A stretch of DNA of 64,000 nt from an uncultured delta proteobacterium (GTDB lineage Bacteria; Myxococcota; Myxococcia; Myxococcales; Myxococcaceae), in assembly GCA_963713045.1 (NCBI GenBank), contig CAVQKE010000004.1, forward strand, positions 384,001-448,000. Direction: 5' to 3'. Made by a program: the position numbers and the translations under genes. The notes beneath the pieces were generated by a model. It was not told where the DNA came from. It was given only the letters and a program-made list of their open reading frames with translations, and did no database searches. Of this stretch, positions 39,725-48,280 are shown piece by piece (positions within the stretch are counted from its first letter, which is position 1; every line of letters starts with the position of its first letter).

Positions 39725-40024
39725 CTACCGCGCGCAGAGGCACTGCGGTGGCTGCTCTCGGGCGGCCTTCAGCGCTCGCATCGCGTCCAGCAGCCATTTC
39801 GCCATCAGCTGCGGGCGCGAGCAGACACCACAGGCGCGGTACAGGGACTTCACATGCGCATGCACCGTCTGTGGGCTGATGGTCAAAAGCGCAGCGACTT
39901 CCTTCTCACTGGCGCCGGTGAGGAGACAGCCCAGCACCTGGCGCTCGCGCGGCGTCAAAGGCGGCCTGGCCTGGTGCTGTTTGGGTCCTTCCAGAAGTCC
40001 CACCGCTTCGAATGAGAATTCCAC
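39725..40024 (-). CDS. Stand-alone LuxR-type HTH protein
   Basis: LTPRERQVLGCLLTGASEKEVAALLTISPQTVHAHVKSLY; GAGGAGGT upstream of GTG 40024 (track start 40099). Confidence 0.8.
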   Translation of the reverse strand: MEFSFEAVGLLEGPKQHQARPPLTPRERQVLGCLLTGASEKEVAALLTISPQTVHAHVKSLYRACGVCSRPQLMAKWLLDAMRALKAAREQPPQCLCAR

Positions 40025-40157
40025 CGCCCGGGGACACCTCCTCTTCGGCAAAGACACCCGTCGACGGCAGCCGTTGCGTCGGGCAACCCGGAAGGCCACC
40101 GGTCAGCAATGCCTTCGGTCCGTTTTGTCAGCGTCGTCTCCCAAGACCTGCTGGACA

Positions 40158-40174
40158 GCTGAACGCCCGAGCAG
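40158..40174. promoter_or_regulatory. Candidate LexA box upstream of dnaE2
   Basis: G-CTGAAC-GCCC-GAGCAG, 14 nt before the ATG; the reverse complement matches the recalled CTRHAMRYBYGTTCAGS at 15/17 by hand count. Confidence 0.7.
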
Positions 40175-40188
40175 TAAGCCCCACGGCG

Positions 40189-43100
40189 ATGTACGCCGAA
40201 CTCGTCTGTCGCTCCAATTTCTCCTTCCTCCAAGGCGCCTCCCACCCAGAGGAGTTGGTGACTCAAGCCGCCGAGCTGGGGCTGTCCGCCCTGGCGCTGA
40301 CCGACCAGGACGGTCTCTACGGCGTGGTGAAGGCTTACCTCCAGGCGCGCGCGCTGGGGCTGAAGCTTCTCATCGGCAGTCGGTTGACCCTCACCGATGG
40401 CCCCGAGGTGGTGGCCCTGGTGCAGGACGCCGTGGGGTATGCCCACCTCTGCGAAGTCATCTCCCAAGGACGGCTTGCCCATCCCAAGGGGGAAGCGGGG
40501 GTGCCCTGGCAGTCGCTGGCCGAGCGGGCCGAGGGACTGCTGCTGCTGTTGCCCGCCCCGGCGCCCGGCCCCCAGGTGGCGCCGCTGGCCGAAGCTTTTC
40601 CCGGACGCTTCTACGTCGGCCTCTGTCGCACGTTTTCGGCCGGGGACGAAGCGCGGCTGCACCAGGCGCTGGCGCTGGCGCGCGGGCTCGACTTGCCCTT
40701 CTGTGCCCACAACGACGTGCACACCCACCTGCGGGAGCGCCAGCCCCTGCAGGACGTGGTGGCCTGCATCCGCCACGGCATCAGCGTGGCCGAAGCTGGC
40801 TTTCGCCTCTTTCCCAACGCCGAGCGGACGCTGAAGGCGCCCCTGGAGATGGCCCAACTCTTCACCGACTTGCCCGAAGCGGTGGGACGGACGCTGGAGG
40901 TGGCCGACGCCTGTCAATTTTCACTCGACACGTTGCGCTACCAGTTTCCCCAGGAGGACTTGCCGCTGGGGCACACCCCGCAGAGCTGGCTCGCCGCCTT
41001 GGTGGAAAAGGGCCTGCCCGCGCGCTACCCGGACGGCGTCCCCGAGGCAGTGCACCGGCAAATTGCCCATGAATTGGCCCTCATCGACCGACTGCAAGTG
41101 GCCGGCTACTTCCTTGCGCTGCATGACATTGTCCGCTTCGCGCTGGAGCGCGGCATCCTCTGTCAGGGCCGAGGCAGCGCCGCCAACTCGGCCGTCTGTT
41201 ACGCGCTGCAAATTACGTCCATCGACCCAGTCCGCATGGGGCTCCTCTTCGAGCGCTTCCTCAGCCTGGAGCGGCCCGAGCCCCCGGACATCGACGTGGA
41301 CTTCGAGCACGAGCGGCGGGAGGAGGTGCTGCAATACGTCTACCGGAAGCACGGGCGGTCCCGGGCCGGCATGGTGTGCGAAGTCATCTGCTACCGGGGC
41401 CGGCTGGCGGTGCGGGAAGTGGGGAAGGCACTCGGCCTGTCGCTGGACCAAGTGGACCGGTTGGCCCGCGTGACCGAGATGAGTGGCTCCTCCACGCTGG
41501 AGCCGGCGGACGTACGCCAGGCTGGGCTACGTCCAGAGGACAGGGGCGTGCAGCAGACGCTGGAGCTGGCCGCCGCCCTGGAGGGTTTCCCGCGGCACCT
41601 CTCCATCCACGTCGGCGGCTTCGTCATCACCCATGGAGAGCTGTCGGAATTGGTGCCGGTGGAGAATGCGGCGATGGCCGAGCGCACCGTCGTCCAGTGG
41701 GACAAGGACGACCTCGCCGCTTTGGGCGTCTTCAAAGTGGACTTGCTCGGCCTCGGCATGCTGACTGCGCTCAGCCGCGGCTTCCGGCTGGTGGAGCTGC
41801 ACGAGGGCAAGCGGCTCACCCTGGCCACGCTGCCCCCCGAGGACCCCGAGGTGTATGAGATGCTGGGCCGGGCGGACGCGGTGGGCGTCTTCCAGGTGGA
41901 AAGCCGGGCGCAGATGAATTTGCTGCCGCGGCTGCGGCCGCGAAGCTTCTACGACTTAACCATCGAGATTGCCCTCATCCGCCCGGGCCCCATTCTCGGG
42001 GACATGGTCCACCCCTTCCTCCGGCGCCGAGAGGGGCTGGAGGACGTCACCTACCCGTCAGAGGAGGTGAAGGCCATTCTCGAAAAGACGCTCGGCGTCC
42101 CTCTCTTCCAGGAGCAGGCGATGCGCCTGGCGATGACAGCGGCCGGGTTTGGCCAGGGGGACGCCGATGCACTCCGGCGGGCGCTGACGCACAAGCGGGC
42201 CTCGGTGCTGCTGCCCAGCTGGCGCGCCCGCTTCATCGAGGGTTGCGTCCGCCGCAGCTACAGCCGCGAGTATGCCGAGCGCTGCTTCGAGCAATTCAAG
42301 GGCTTCAGCCACTACGGCTTTCCCGAGTCGCACTCCGCCTCGTTTGCCCTCATCGCCTACGCCTCGGCCTACCTCAAGCGCTACCACCCGGCTGCCTTCG
42401 CTGCGGCACTCCTCAACAGCCAGCCGATGGGCTTCTACGCCCCACATACCCTGGTGGAAGACGCCCGCCGGCACGGGGTGGAGGTGCGGCCCGTCGACGT
42501 GCGCCACTCAGCTTGGGACTGCACCCTGGAAGCAGCCGCCCTCCGGCTCGGTCTCCGGGAGGTGCGAGGCCTTCACCAGACGCACGGGCAGGCGGTGGCC
42601 ACCGGCCGTCCGGCCGGAGGGGATGCGGACTTACGCGCCCTGGTGCGGCGGACGGGAATACTCCGCGGCGCGCTGGTGCGCCTGGCGCGCGCCGGCGCCC
42701 TGGACGGCCTGTGCGCTGAGCGCCGTCAGGCCCTGTGGGAAGTCCAAGCGCTGGCCACCACCGACCGGGGGGACCTCTTCCATGGCGAGCTTCTGGACAC
42801 CTCGCCTCAACCCGGTGGGCAGCCGAGTGCCGTCGAGCGGGTGGTGGAGGACTACCGGCACACCGGGCTTTCCCTGGAAAGGCACCCGGTGGCGTTTTTG
42901 CGCGAGCACCTCACCGCCCAGCGCGCTGTGTCCGCAGCACAGTTGCAGGACGTCCCCCACCGGGCGCGCGTCCGCATCGGTGGCCTCGTCACCTGCCGGC
43001 AGCGACCGCCCACCGCCAAGGGGGTGGCCTTCCTCACCCTGGAAGACGAGACGGGCATGGCCAACCTGGTGGTCCCATCCCGCACCTTTGAGCGCCAGCG

Positions 43101-43242
43101 CTCGGTGGTGCTTGGCTCGGCCTTCCTCCTCGCCGAGGGCCGCGTCGAGCGCACTGGGCAAGTGGTGAATGTCCAGGTGAGTCGTGTCTCCACCCTTGCA
43201 CTCCACGCGCCCTCGCCCCAGCTGGCGCTGCTGGACGTCTAG
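40189..43242 (+). CDS. dnaE2: Error-prone DNA polymerase DnaE2 (ImuC)
   Basis: YAEL.C.SNFSFL.GASHPEEL, QGRGSAANSAVCY, PDIDVDFEHERREE, GFPRHLSIHVGG, YGFPESHSASFA, RQRPPTAKG. Confidence 0.97.
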   Translation: MYAELVCRSNFSFLQGASHPEELVTQAAELGLSALALTDQDGLYGVVKAYLQARALGLKLLIGSRLTLTDGPEVVALVQDAVGYAHLCEVISQGRLAHPKGEAGVPWQSLAERAEGLLLLLPAPAPGPQVAPLAEAFPGRFYVGLCRTFSAGDEARLHQALALARGLDLPFCAHNDVHTHLRERQPLQDVVACIRHGISVAEAGFRLFPNAERTLKAPLEMAQLFTDLPEAVGRTLEVADACQFSLDTLRYQFPQEDLPLGHTPQSWLAALVEKGLPARYPDGVPEAVHRQIAHELALIDRLQVAGYFLALHDIVRFALERGILCQGRGSAANSAVCYALQITSIDPVRMGLLFERFLSLERPEPPDIDVDFEHERREEVLQYVYRKHGRSRAGMVCEVICYRGRLAVREVGKALGLSLDQVDRLARVTEMSGSSTLEPADVRQAGLRPEDRGVQQTLELAAALEGFPRHLSIHVGGFVITHGELSELVPVENAAMAERTVVQWDKDDLAALGVFKVDLLGLGMLTALSRGFRLVELHEGKRLTLATLPPEDPEVYEMLGRADAVGVFQVESRAQMNLLPRLRPRSFYDLTIEIALIRPGPILGDMVHPFLRRREGLEDVTYPSEEVKAILEKTLGVPLFQEQAMRLAMTAAGFGQGDADALRRALTHKRASVLLPSWRARFIEGCVRRSYSREYAERCFEQFKGFSHYGFPESHSASFALIAYASAYLKRYHPAAFAAALLNSQPMGFYAPHTLVEDARRHGVEVRPVDVRHSAWDCTLEAAALRLGLREVRGLHQTHGQAVATGRPAGGDADLRALVRRTGILRGALVRLARAGALDGLCAERRQALWEVQALATTDRGDLFHGELLDTSPQPGGQPSAVERVVEDYRHTGLSLERHPVAFLREHLTAQRAVSAAQLQDVPHRARVRIGGLVTCRQRPPTAKGVAFLTLEDETGMANLVVPSRTFERQRSVVLGSAFLLAEGRVERTGQVVNVQVSRVSTLALHAPSPQLALLDV

Positions 43243-43341
43243 GGGCGGCGGCCCCCGGCCCTTCACTTTGCGTCCAATCGCCTCGGCCAGGGGTGCAGTG
43301 GCATGGTGCATTTCCCCCCGGGGTGCCCAAGGAGGCGGGAC

Positions 43342-43707
43342 ATGAAGCAGCTCCTGGTTTCAGCGGTTGCAGCCGTCGTCGTGTTTCTCGGCTGTTCCTC
43401 CGGAGGCACCAGCGCCACCGGCTATGTCTTAAACGTCAACAACTTCGACAGCTGGTGCACCGTCAGCGTGGACGGGGCGCCGCTCAACGCCAGCGCCAGT
43501 TACACCTTCGACGCTGGCACCGTCGTCGACTTGGACGCCACCGCCAACGCTGGCTTCGTTTGGGCCTATTGGCTCAACACCGACGGCGCCGCCGCCAACG
43601 GCGGCAAGGACCCCGAGATGTCAACCACCGTGACGATGACGTCCAACAAGGACGTCCTCGCCTGCTGCGACAACCTGCCTTCTCAACCCTGTCCCTCGTC
43701 CCTCTAA
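43342..43707 (+). CDS. Small lipoprotein, InlB B-repeat/Flg_new-like domain
   Basis: AGGAGG SD, VVVFLG-C lipobox; GTVVDLDATANAGFVWAYW...TVTMTSNK pattern. Confidence 0.75.
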   Translation: MKQLLVSAVAAVVVFLGCSSGGTSATGYVLNVNNFDSWCTVSVDGAPLNASASYTFDAGTVVDLDATANAGFVWAYWLNTDGAAANGGKDPEMSTTVTMTSNKDVLACCDNLPSQPCPSSL

Positions 43708-43732
43708 GCGGGGCGATGCTTCGGCCAACAGC

Positions 43733-44128
43733 ATGAAGCGAGCAACCAAGCCGGCGAAGCCCGCGCCCCTGGCCAACGGGGACCATTCCCGCCTGACGGT
43801 GCTGCTGCAGGCGCTGCGGGCCGACCCCATGCTTGCCGCCCTTCTGGACGAAATGGAGCGCGCATCGAAGGCGCAGCCTGGCCGCAGGTTTGGCTCCAAT
43901 GGCCTCAAAGTGAAGGGCAAGCTGTTCGCGCTCTTCACCCGAGGAAATTTGGTGGTGAAGCTTCCAGCGGGGCGGGTGACGGCGCTGGTGGCTTCCGGCA
44001 CCGGGCAGCGCTTCGACCCGGGGCATGGACGGCTGATGAAGGAATGGCTCACCGTCACCAGCCTCCAGGCACCCTGGACGGACCTGGTGAAGGAAGCGCA
44101 CGCCTTTGTGGAGAAGGCGAAGCGCTAG
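43733..44128 (+). CDS. Hypothetical protein, TfoX_N/MmcQ-like
   Basis: FGSNGLKVKGKLFA..LVVKLP..RV..LV..G.G..FDPG.GR.MKEW pattern. Confidence 0.65.
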   Translation: MKRATKPAKPAPLANGDHSRLTVLLQALRADPMLAALLDEMERASKAQPGRRFGSNGLKVKGKLFALFTRGNLVVKLPAGRVTALVASGTGQRFDPGHGRLMKEWLTVTSLQAPWTDLVKEAHAFVEKAKR

Positions 44129-44149
44129 CAGACCAGCTGCCCTCCTGCT

Positions 44150-45637
44150 TCAGCCAATAATCATCTCTTCCCGCTCGAGCGACGGCCGGGAAAAGCGCTC
44201 GAGGCTGAAGCGGCTGAAAAGGTCGTCCGGATGGCCGGTCACCATCCACTCCGCCATTCGCTCGGCGACCGCTGGGGCCATCATGAAGCCGTGGCCGACG
44301 AAGCCGGACAGCTGCAGCAGGTTCTCCAGTCCGGGCGTCCGGCCGAGAATGGGGTTGTTGTCCGGCGTCACGTCGTAGCAGCCCGCCCACTGCCTCAGCA
44401 CCTTCACCTTTCCCAAAATGGGCAGCTGCTCGGTCAGGGCGCGGCTGAAGCGAGCGAGAAAGCGCAAGGTGGAACCCTGCTCCAGCGCAACCGGTTCGCG
44501 GGGGTCACCCATGCCGCCGACAATCTCGCCGCGCATCGACTGGCTGAAGTACAGGCCCGAGTCGAGCAGCGAGACGAGCGGCCCGAGGAAGGGCTTGAGA
44601 GGTTCGGTGCTGAGAATCTCATGCCGGTAGGGTTGGTTGGGCAGCGCCACCGAGGCCAGTTTGGCCACCTCGGGACTCCATGCGCCGGCGGCCAGCACCA
44701 CCGTTTGGCAGGCAATCTCACCTCGGTCGGTCTGGACGTGCGTCAGCCGTCCGCCGGAGCGCCGAAGGCCAGTCACGTCGGTAAACGTCTCCACCTGCAC
44801 GCCGCGCCGGCGCGCCGCCTGCGCATAACCCCACAAAAAGGGCCAGGGGAAGATGACGCCGTCTTCGGGGTGGTAGGCCGCCAGGATGACGTCTTTCAGG
44901 GTCAGCTGGGGCACCAACTCTCGAGAGGCGTCCGGGGAGAGAATTTCCGTCCGCACCCCGTGGCGGTTGTGGAGTTTGGCGTTGCGCTCCAGGCGCTCGG
45001 CGATGAGGGGACTTTTTGCCAGGAAGAGGTAGCCGCCCTGACGCAGCCAAATGTTGATGCCCATCTCCCCGGCAAACTGCTTCATCAATTCTACCGAGCG
45101 CTTGGCCAATTCAATGTTGGCCTCCGTGCCCCATTGCATGCGGACACCGCCGCCGTTGCGGCCCGAGGCGCCGGCGCACAGGTAGTCCTTCTCCAGCACC
45201 ACCACCTCGGTGCAGCCCCGCTTGGCCAGGTTGTGCGCCAGGGCCAGCCCCATCACGCCGCCGCCGATGATGACCACGTCTGCCCGCTGGGGCACCGGCC
45301 CTTCGGGGCGCAGCGCCAAATTGGACTGGCCGACCGACGGCGGAATGCCGGGCGAAGGCGTCTCCTCTTCGTCCACGGGGAGCGAGGCCAGGACACTCAA
45401 CTCGGTGGGCAGAAGCGGGGGGCGGGGTGTGAAGGGCAGCACCGCTTCGGGGGTGACGCCGGCGGTGCGCGCCAGCACCTGGGCCACCGCGTTGAGGCAA
45501 CTCTTCCCCTGGCAGATGCCGGTGCCGAAGCCGGTATAGCGCTTGATGCTTTCCACGTCCCGGAAGCCCTTGGCGATGGCTGCTTCGACGTCGTCGAGGG
45601 TGACGTCCTCACAGGCGCAGAGGAGGGCCTTGCTCAA
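44150..45637 (-). CDS. FAD-dependent amino-acid oxidase beta-like subunit with N-terminal BFD-like Cys4 domain
   Basis: CACEDVT..KRYTGFGTGICQGKSC then IIGGGVMG, GASGRNGGG, WAGCYDVTPD, GF.GHGFM; TTG overlaps the upstream stop. Confidence 0.9.
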   Translation of the reverse strand: MSKALLCACEDVTLDDVEAAIAKGFRDVESIKRYTGFGTGICQGKSCLNAVAQVLARTAGVTPEAVLPFTPRPPLLPTELSVLASLPVDEEETPSPGIPPSVGQSNLALRPEGPVPQRADVVIIGGGVMGLALAHNLAKRGCTEVVVLEKDYLCAGASGRNGGGVRMQWGTEANIELAKRSVELMKQFAGEMGINIWLRQGGYLFLAKSPLIAERLERNAKLHNRHGVRTEILSPDASRELVPQLTLKDVILAAYHPEDGVIFPWPFLWGYAQAARRRGVQVETFTDVTGLRRSGGRLTHVQTDRGEIACQTVVLAAGAWSPEVAKLASVALPNQPYRHEILSTEPLKPFLGPLVSLLDSGLYFSQSMRGEIVGGMGDPREPVALEQGSTLRFLARFSRALTEQLPILGKVKVLRQWAGCYDVTPDNNPILGRTPGLENLLQLSGFVGHGFMMAPAVAERMAEWMVTGHPDDLFSRFSLERFSRPSLEREEMIIG

Positions 45638-46968
45638 CGTCCCACCTCGCGCGCCAGCGCGGCGGCGGCGCGTCGGCCAGACTCGGCGGCCAGCGCCGCG
45701 GTGGTGCCGCCGAGCGCGTCCCCGGCCACGGAAACACCCGCGGCGGCCGTCTGGCCGTCGCCGTCGGCCTCGACGACGAAGACGCCCAAGCCGGGGTGGA
45801 AGGCGGCGCGCGCGCCGGCATGGACTGCCACTTCGTATGCTGGGGTGGGGGGCGTGCTGAGGACCACCGCGTCGCACGGTACTTTTTTGCGGCCCGCGCC
45901 CGTCAGCACCACGCTGAGGGCCTGGACCCGGGCCCGGCCGTGGGCTTCCAGGACGGCGCCGGCCCGTGCGCCAGGGGCTGGGTTGGGCCCGGTGTCCAAG
46001 ACAAGGGCCGGAGCGGCCCCGGCCTCCGTCAGCAGCTTCGCCAGCGCTGGCAACTCAGGCCCATGGCCCACCACCGCAGGGGACTCGGCCGGAAGCACGC
46101 CCCGTCGGCGCACCAAGTCACTGACGGCGCGTCCGCTGAAGACGCCAGGCAAGTCATTCTCCAGAAAGGGAAGCAGCGACGCGTGCCCACCCAGGGCCAA
46201 TAAAAACCGCGCCGCCCGCACCAGAAGCAGGCGCGGGACACCCTGCCTCACCGCGACGGCGGCCAGGAAGCGCCCGCGCGGGCCGTTGTACAACCCAAGC
46301 ACCGTGGTGCCGAGGTGCACCGTCCCGGCGCCGGGGACAAGCTGCAGGCTGGCTGGGGCCCCGGGCTCCGGCGCCCCCAATCGCCAGCGGCCCCCCAGCG
46401 CCTCCTCGCGCTCCAACAGGACGAAACGGACGCCCTGGGCGGACAGCACTTGGGCGGCGGCCAGGCCCGCGGCTCCACCCCCGGCAATGGCCACGTCTGT
46501 CTCCAGCACCTCCGCCGGTGGACGCTCCCCGGCCGGCTGGTCCGGAAGCAGGCCAAGTCCCGCCAGGTGGCGCGCCACCTTCACCATCACCCGCCGGGCG
46601 ACGCGGACACCGGCGAACATGGCGTGGTGGTCGAGTCCGCCTGGAAACAGCCAGTCAATGGACGAGAAGACGTCCACTTTGGCTGAGGGGTAGCTGTTTT
46701 GGCGGTGCAGCACCATGCCAGCGCGCGCCGGAATGCGGCAGGAGAAGAGGTTGGGCGTGCCGTCCACCCGGAGCAGGCAATGGGAGCAGGCAGCGGCCAG
46801 GCAGAAGGGGCCCCGCGGCCGGTGGTACTTCACGCTTCGGGACAACACGCTGTGCCCGGCCGCCAGCAGGGACACCGCCACCGGCTCGCCGGCCCTGGCC
46901 GGCACGTCCTCGCCTTCGAAGTCGACGTTGACGCTGTCTTCGGCTGGAACGGGGACGAGGCGGCGCAT
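45634..46968 (-). CDS. Sarcosine oxidase alpha-like short subunit (Fer2_4 + FAD/NAD-binding)
   Basis: SRSVKYHRPRGPFCLAAACSHC..C, IAGGGAAGLAAA, F.ENDLPGV, VAGD; no folate-binding C-terminal domain. Confidence 0.88.
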   Translation of the reverse strand: MRRLVPVPAEDSVNVDFEGEDVPARAGEPVAVSLLAAGHSVLSRSVKYHRPRGPFCLAAACSHCLLRVDGTPNLFSCRIPARAGMVLHRQNSYPSAKVDVFSSIDWLFPGGLDHHAMFAGVRVARRVMVKVARHLAGLGLLPDQPAGERPPAEVLETDVAIAGGGAAGLAAAQVLSAQGVRFVLLEREEALGGRWRLGAPEPGAPASLQLVPGAGTVHLGTTVLGLYNGPRGRFLAAVAVRQGVPRLLLVRAARFLLALGGHASLLPFLENDLPGVFSGRAVSDLVRRRGVLPAESPAVVGHGPELPALAKLLTEAGAAPALVLDTGPNPAPGARAGAVLEAHGRARVQALSVVLTGAGRKKVPCDAVVLSTPPTPAYEVAVHAGARAAFHPGLGVFVVEADGDGQTAAAGVSVAGDALGGTTAALAAESGRRAAAALAREVGR

Positions 46969-47024
46969 GGCAGGTGGGGCTTTCGGCCGCTTTTAGTGTG
47001 GAAGCCCTGGCCGCCCCAAGCGCT

Positions 47025-47585
47025 TCAGTGCGCCCCAGCGGGCTCCTCGGCTTTGGCTTCGGCGCGTGCCTGGGGTGGCGCGGCCAGGCTGGCCCGCTCG
47101 GCATCCGTCAGCTGTGGCAGGTGGCGGAGGAAGGCCACCAGCTTCCACAGCGTGTCGCTCGACTCACTCTTGGAAAAGGCTGGCATGCCGGACATGCGGA
47201 TGCCGCTGGAGATGACTTGGTACAGTTCGCCGTCCGAGGCTTCCTGGCTGTCAGCGTCCGCAAGGTCCGGTGCCGCCGGGTTGAGGCCCCGGGCAATGCC
47301 ACTGGGCCGCAGCCCGGGCGCGCTGTGGCAGACCAGGCAGTGCGCGCGGTATTCGGCCAACCCTCGGGCGAGGACTTCCGGCGTCACCGCGACGGGGTTC
47401 TGGCCTTTGGGGGCGCGGTGCTCCACCGAGCGGTCGACGACGAAATTGGCGAGGGCCGTTTCCAGCTTCCCCGGCGTGGCCGTGGCCGAGACGTCCCACA
47501 GGCCAAAGCCAAACACCACGCCCAAAAGCAGCAGCAGCGCCGCGCCGGCGGCGAGCCAGACGACGACGGCCTTGGGCCGCTTCAT
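47025..47585 (-). CDS. Monoheme c-type cytochrome, membrane anchored
   Basis: CLVCH heme motif, GIRMSGMPAF axial Met region, N-terminal TM. Confidence 0.9.
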   Translation of the reverse strand: MKRPKAVVVWLAAGAALLLLLGVVFGFGLWDVSATATPGKLETALANFVVDRSVEHRAPKGQNPVAVTPEVLARGLAEYRAHCLVCHSAPGLRPSGIARGLNPAAPDLADADSQEASDGELYQVISSGIRMSGMPAFSKSESSDTLWKLVAFLRHLPQLTDAERASLAAPPQARAEAKAEEPAGAH

Positions 47586-47723
47586 GGGTTTCTTGGCTCC
47601 TACAGCGGACGGGGCCGGACGCCGGCGCCCCGTGCGTGAAAAAACCGGACAGGCCCAGGGGCACCATGCCACGCCGCCGCGGGCCGGGTGAAGGAGGAAT
47701 GCCTTTCTGGGACGCTGGCCTTT

Positions 47724-48209
47724 CTAGTGAAAGACGAGACAGTCCAGGGTGAAGAGGACCAGGAGCCCCAGCGCCAACAGCCCTTTGCCCAAGGAGGCCG
47801 CCAGGACGCCCAGGCCTGCGCCGACGCCGGACTTGATTGCGTCGGTGGGACCGCGGCGAGCCAGGACGAATTCACCCAAAGCGGCCCCCACCACCGGCCC
47901 CAACAGGAGGCCGGGCAAGCCGAAGAAGAGGCCCACCAATCCGCCGACCAGGGCGCCCCAGACGCCCGCCCGGGTGGCGCCGGCCCGCCGACTGCTGAGG
48001 GCGGTCGCCGCAAAGTCCACCACGAAGCCCAAGGCCGCAACGGCGGCGAAGACGGCGACGGTCCACCAGAAAAGCACGCCGGGCACCAGCAGCCGGTGGA
48101 CAAAGGCCCCCAGCGCCATCAGGGGCAGGCCGGGAATGGCCGGAAGCCAGACGCCCAGAAAGCCCACCGCCAACAGCAGCATGGAAAGCACCCAGCCGAG
48201 CCACACCAT
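47724..48209 (-). CDS. DUF456-family membrane protein
   Basis: LP.IPGLPL, GA...GVWGALVGGLVGLFF..PGLLLGPVVGAALGE pattern. Confidence 0.85.
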   Translation of the reverse strand: MVWLGWVLSMLLLAVGFLGVWLPAIPGLPLMALGAFVHRLLVPGVLFWWTVAVFAAVAALGFVVDFAATALSSRRAGATRAGVWGALVGGLVGLFFGLPGLLLGPVVGAALGEFVLARRGPTDAIKSGVGAGLGVLAASLGKGLLALGLLVLFTLDCLVFH

Positions 48210-48280
48210 GTGCTTTTTTTCCGTTTCCTGGCCTGCCGCGACGGCCTGCGGGCCCCCGGCCGGAAGGCCGCCTCGGGCCC

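Noticed and set aside
44150..46968. Canonical heterotetrameric sarcosine oxidase soxBDAG
   Set aside because: Alpha-like subunit is less than half the expected length with no folate domain; no delta or gamma genes present.
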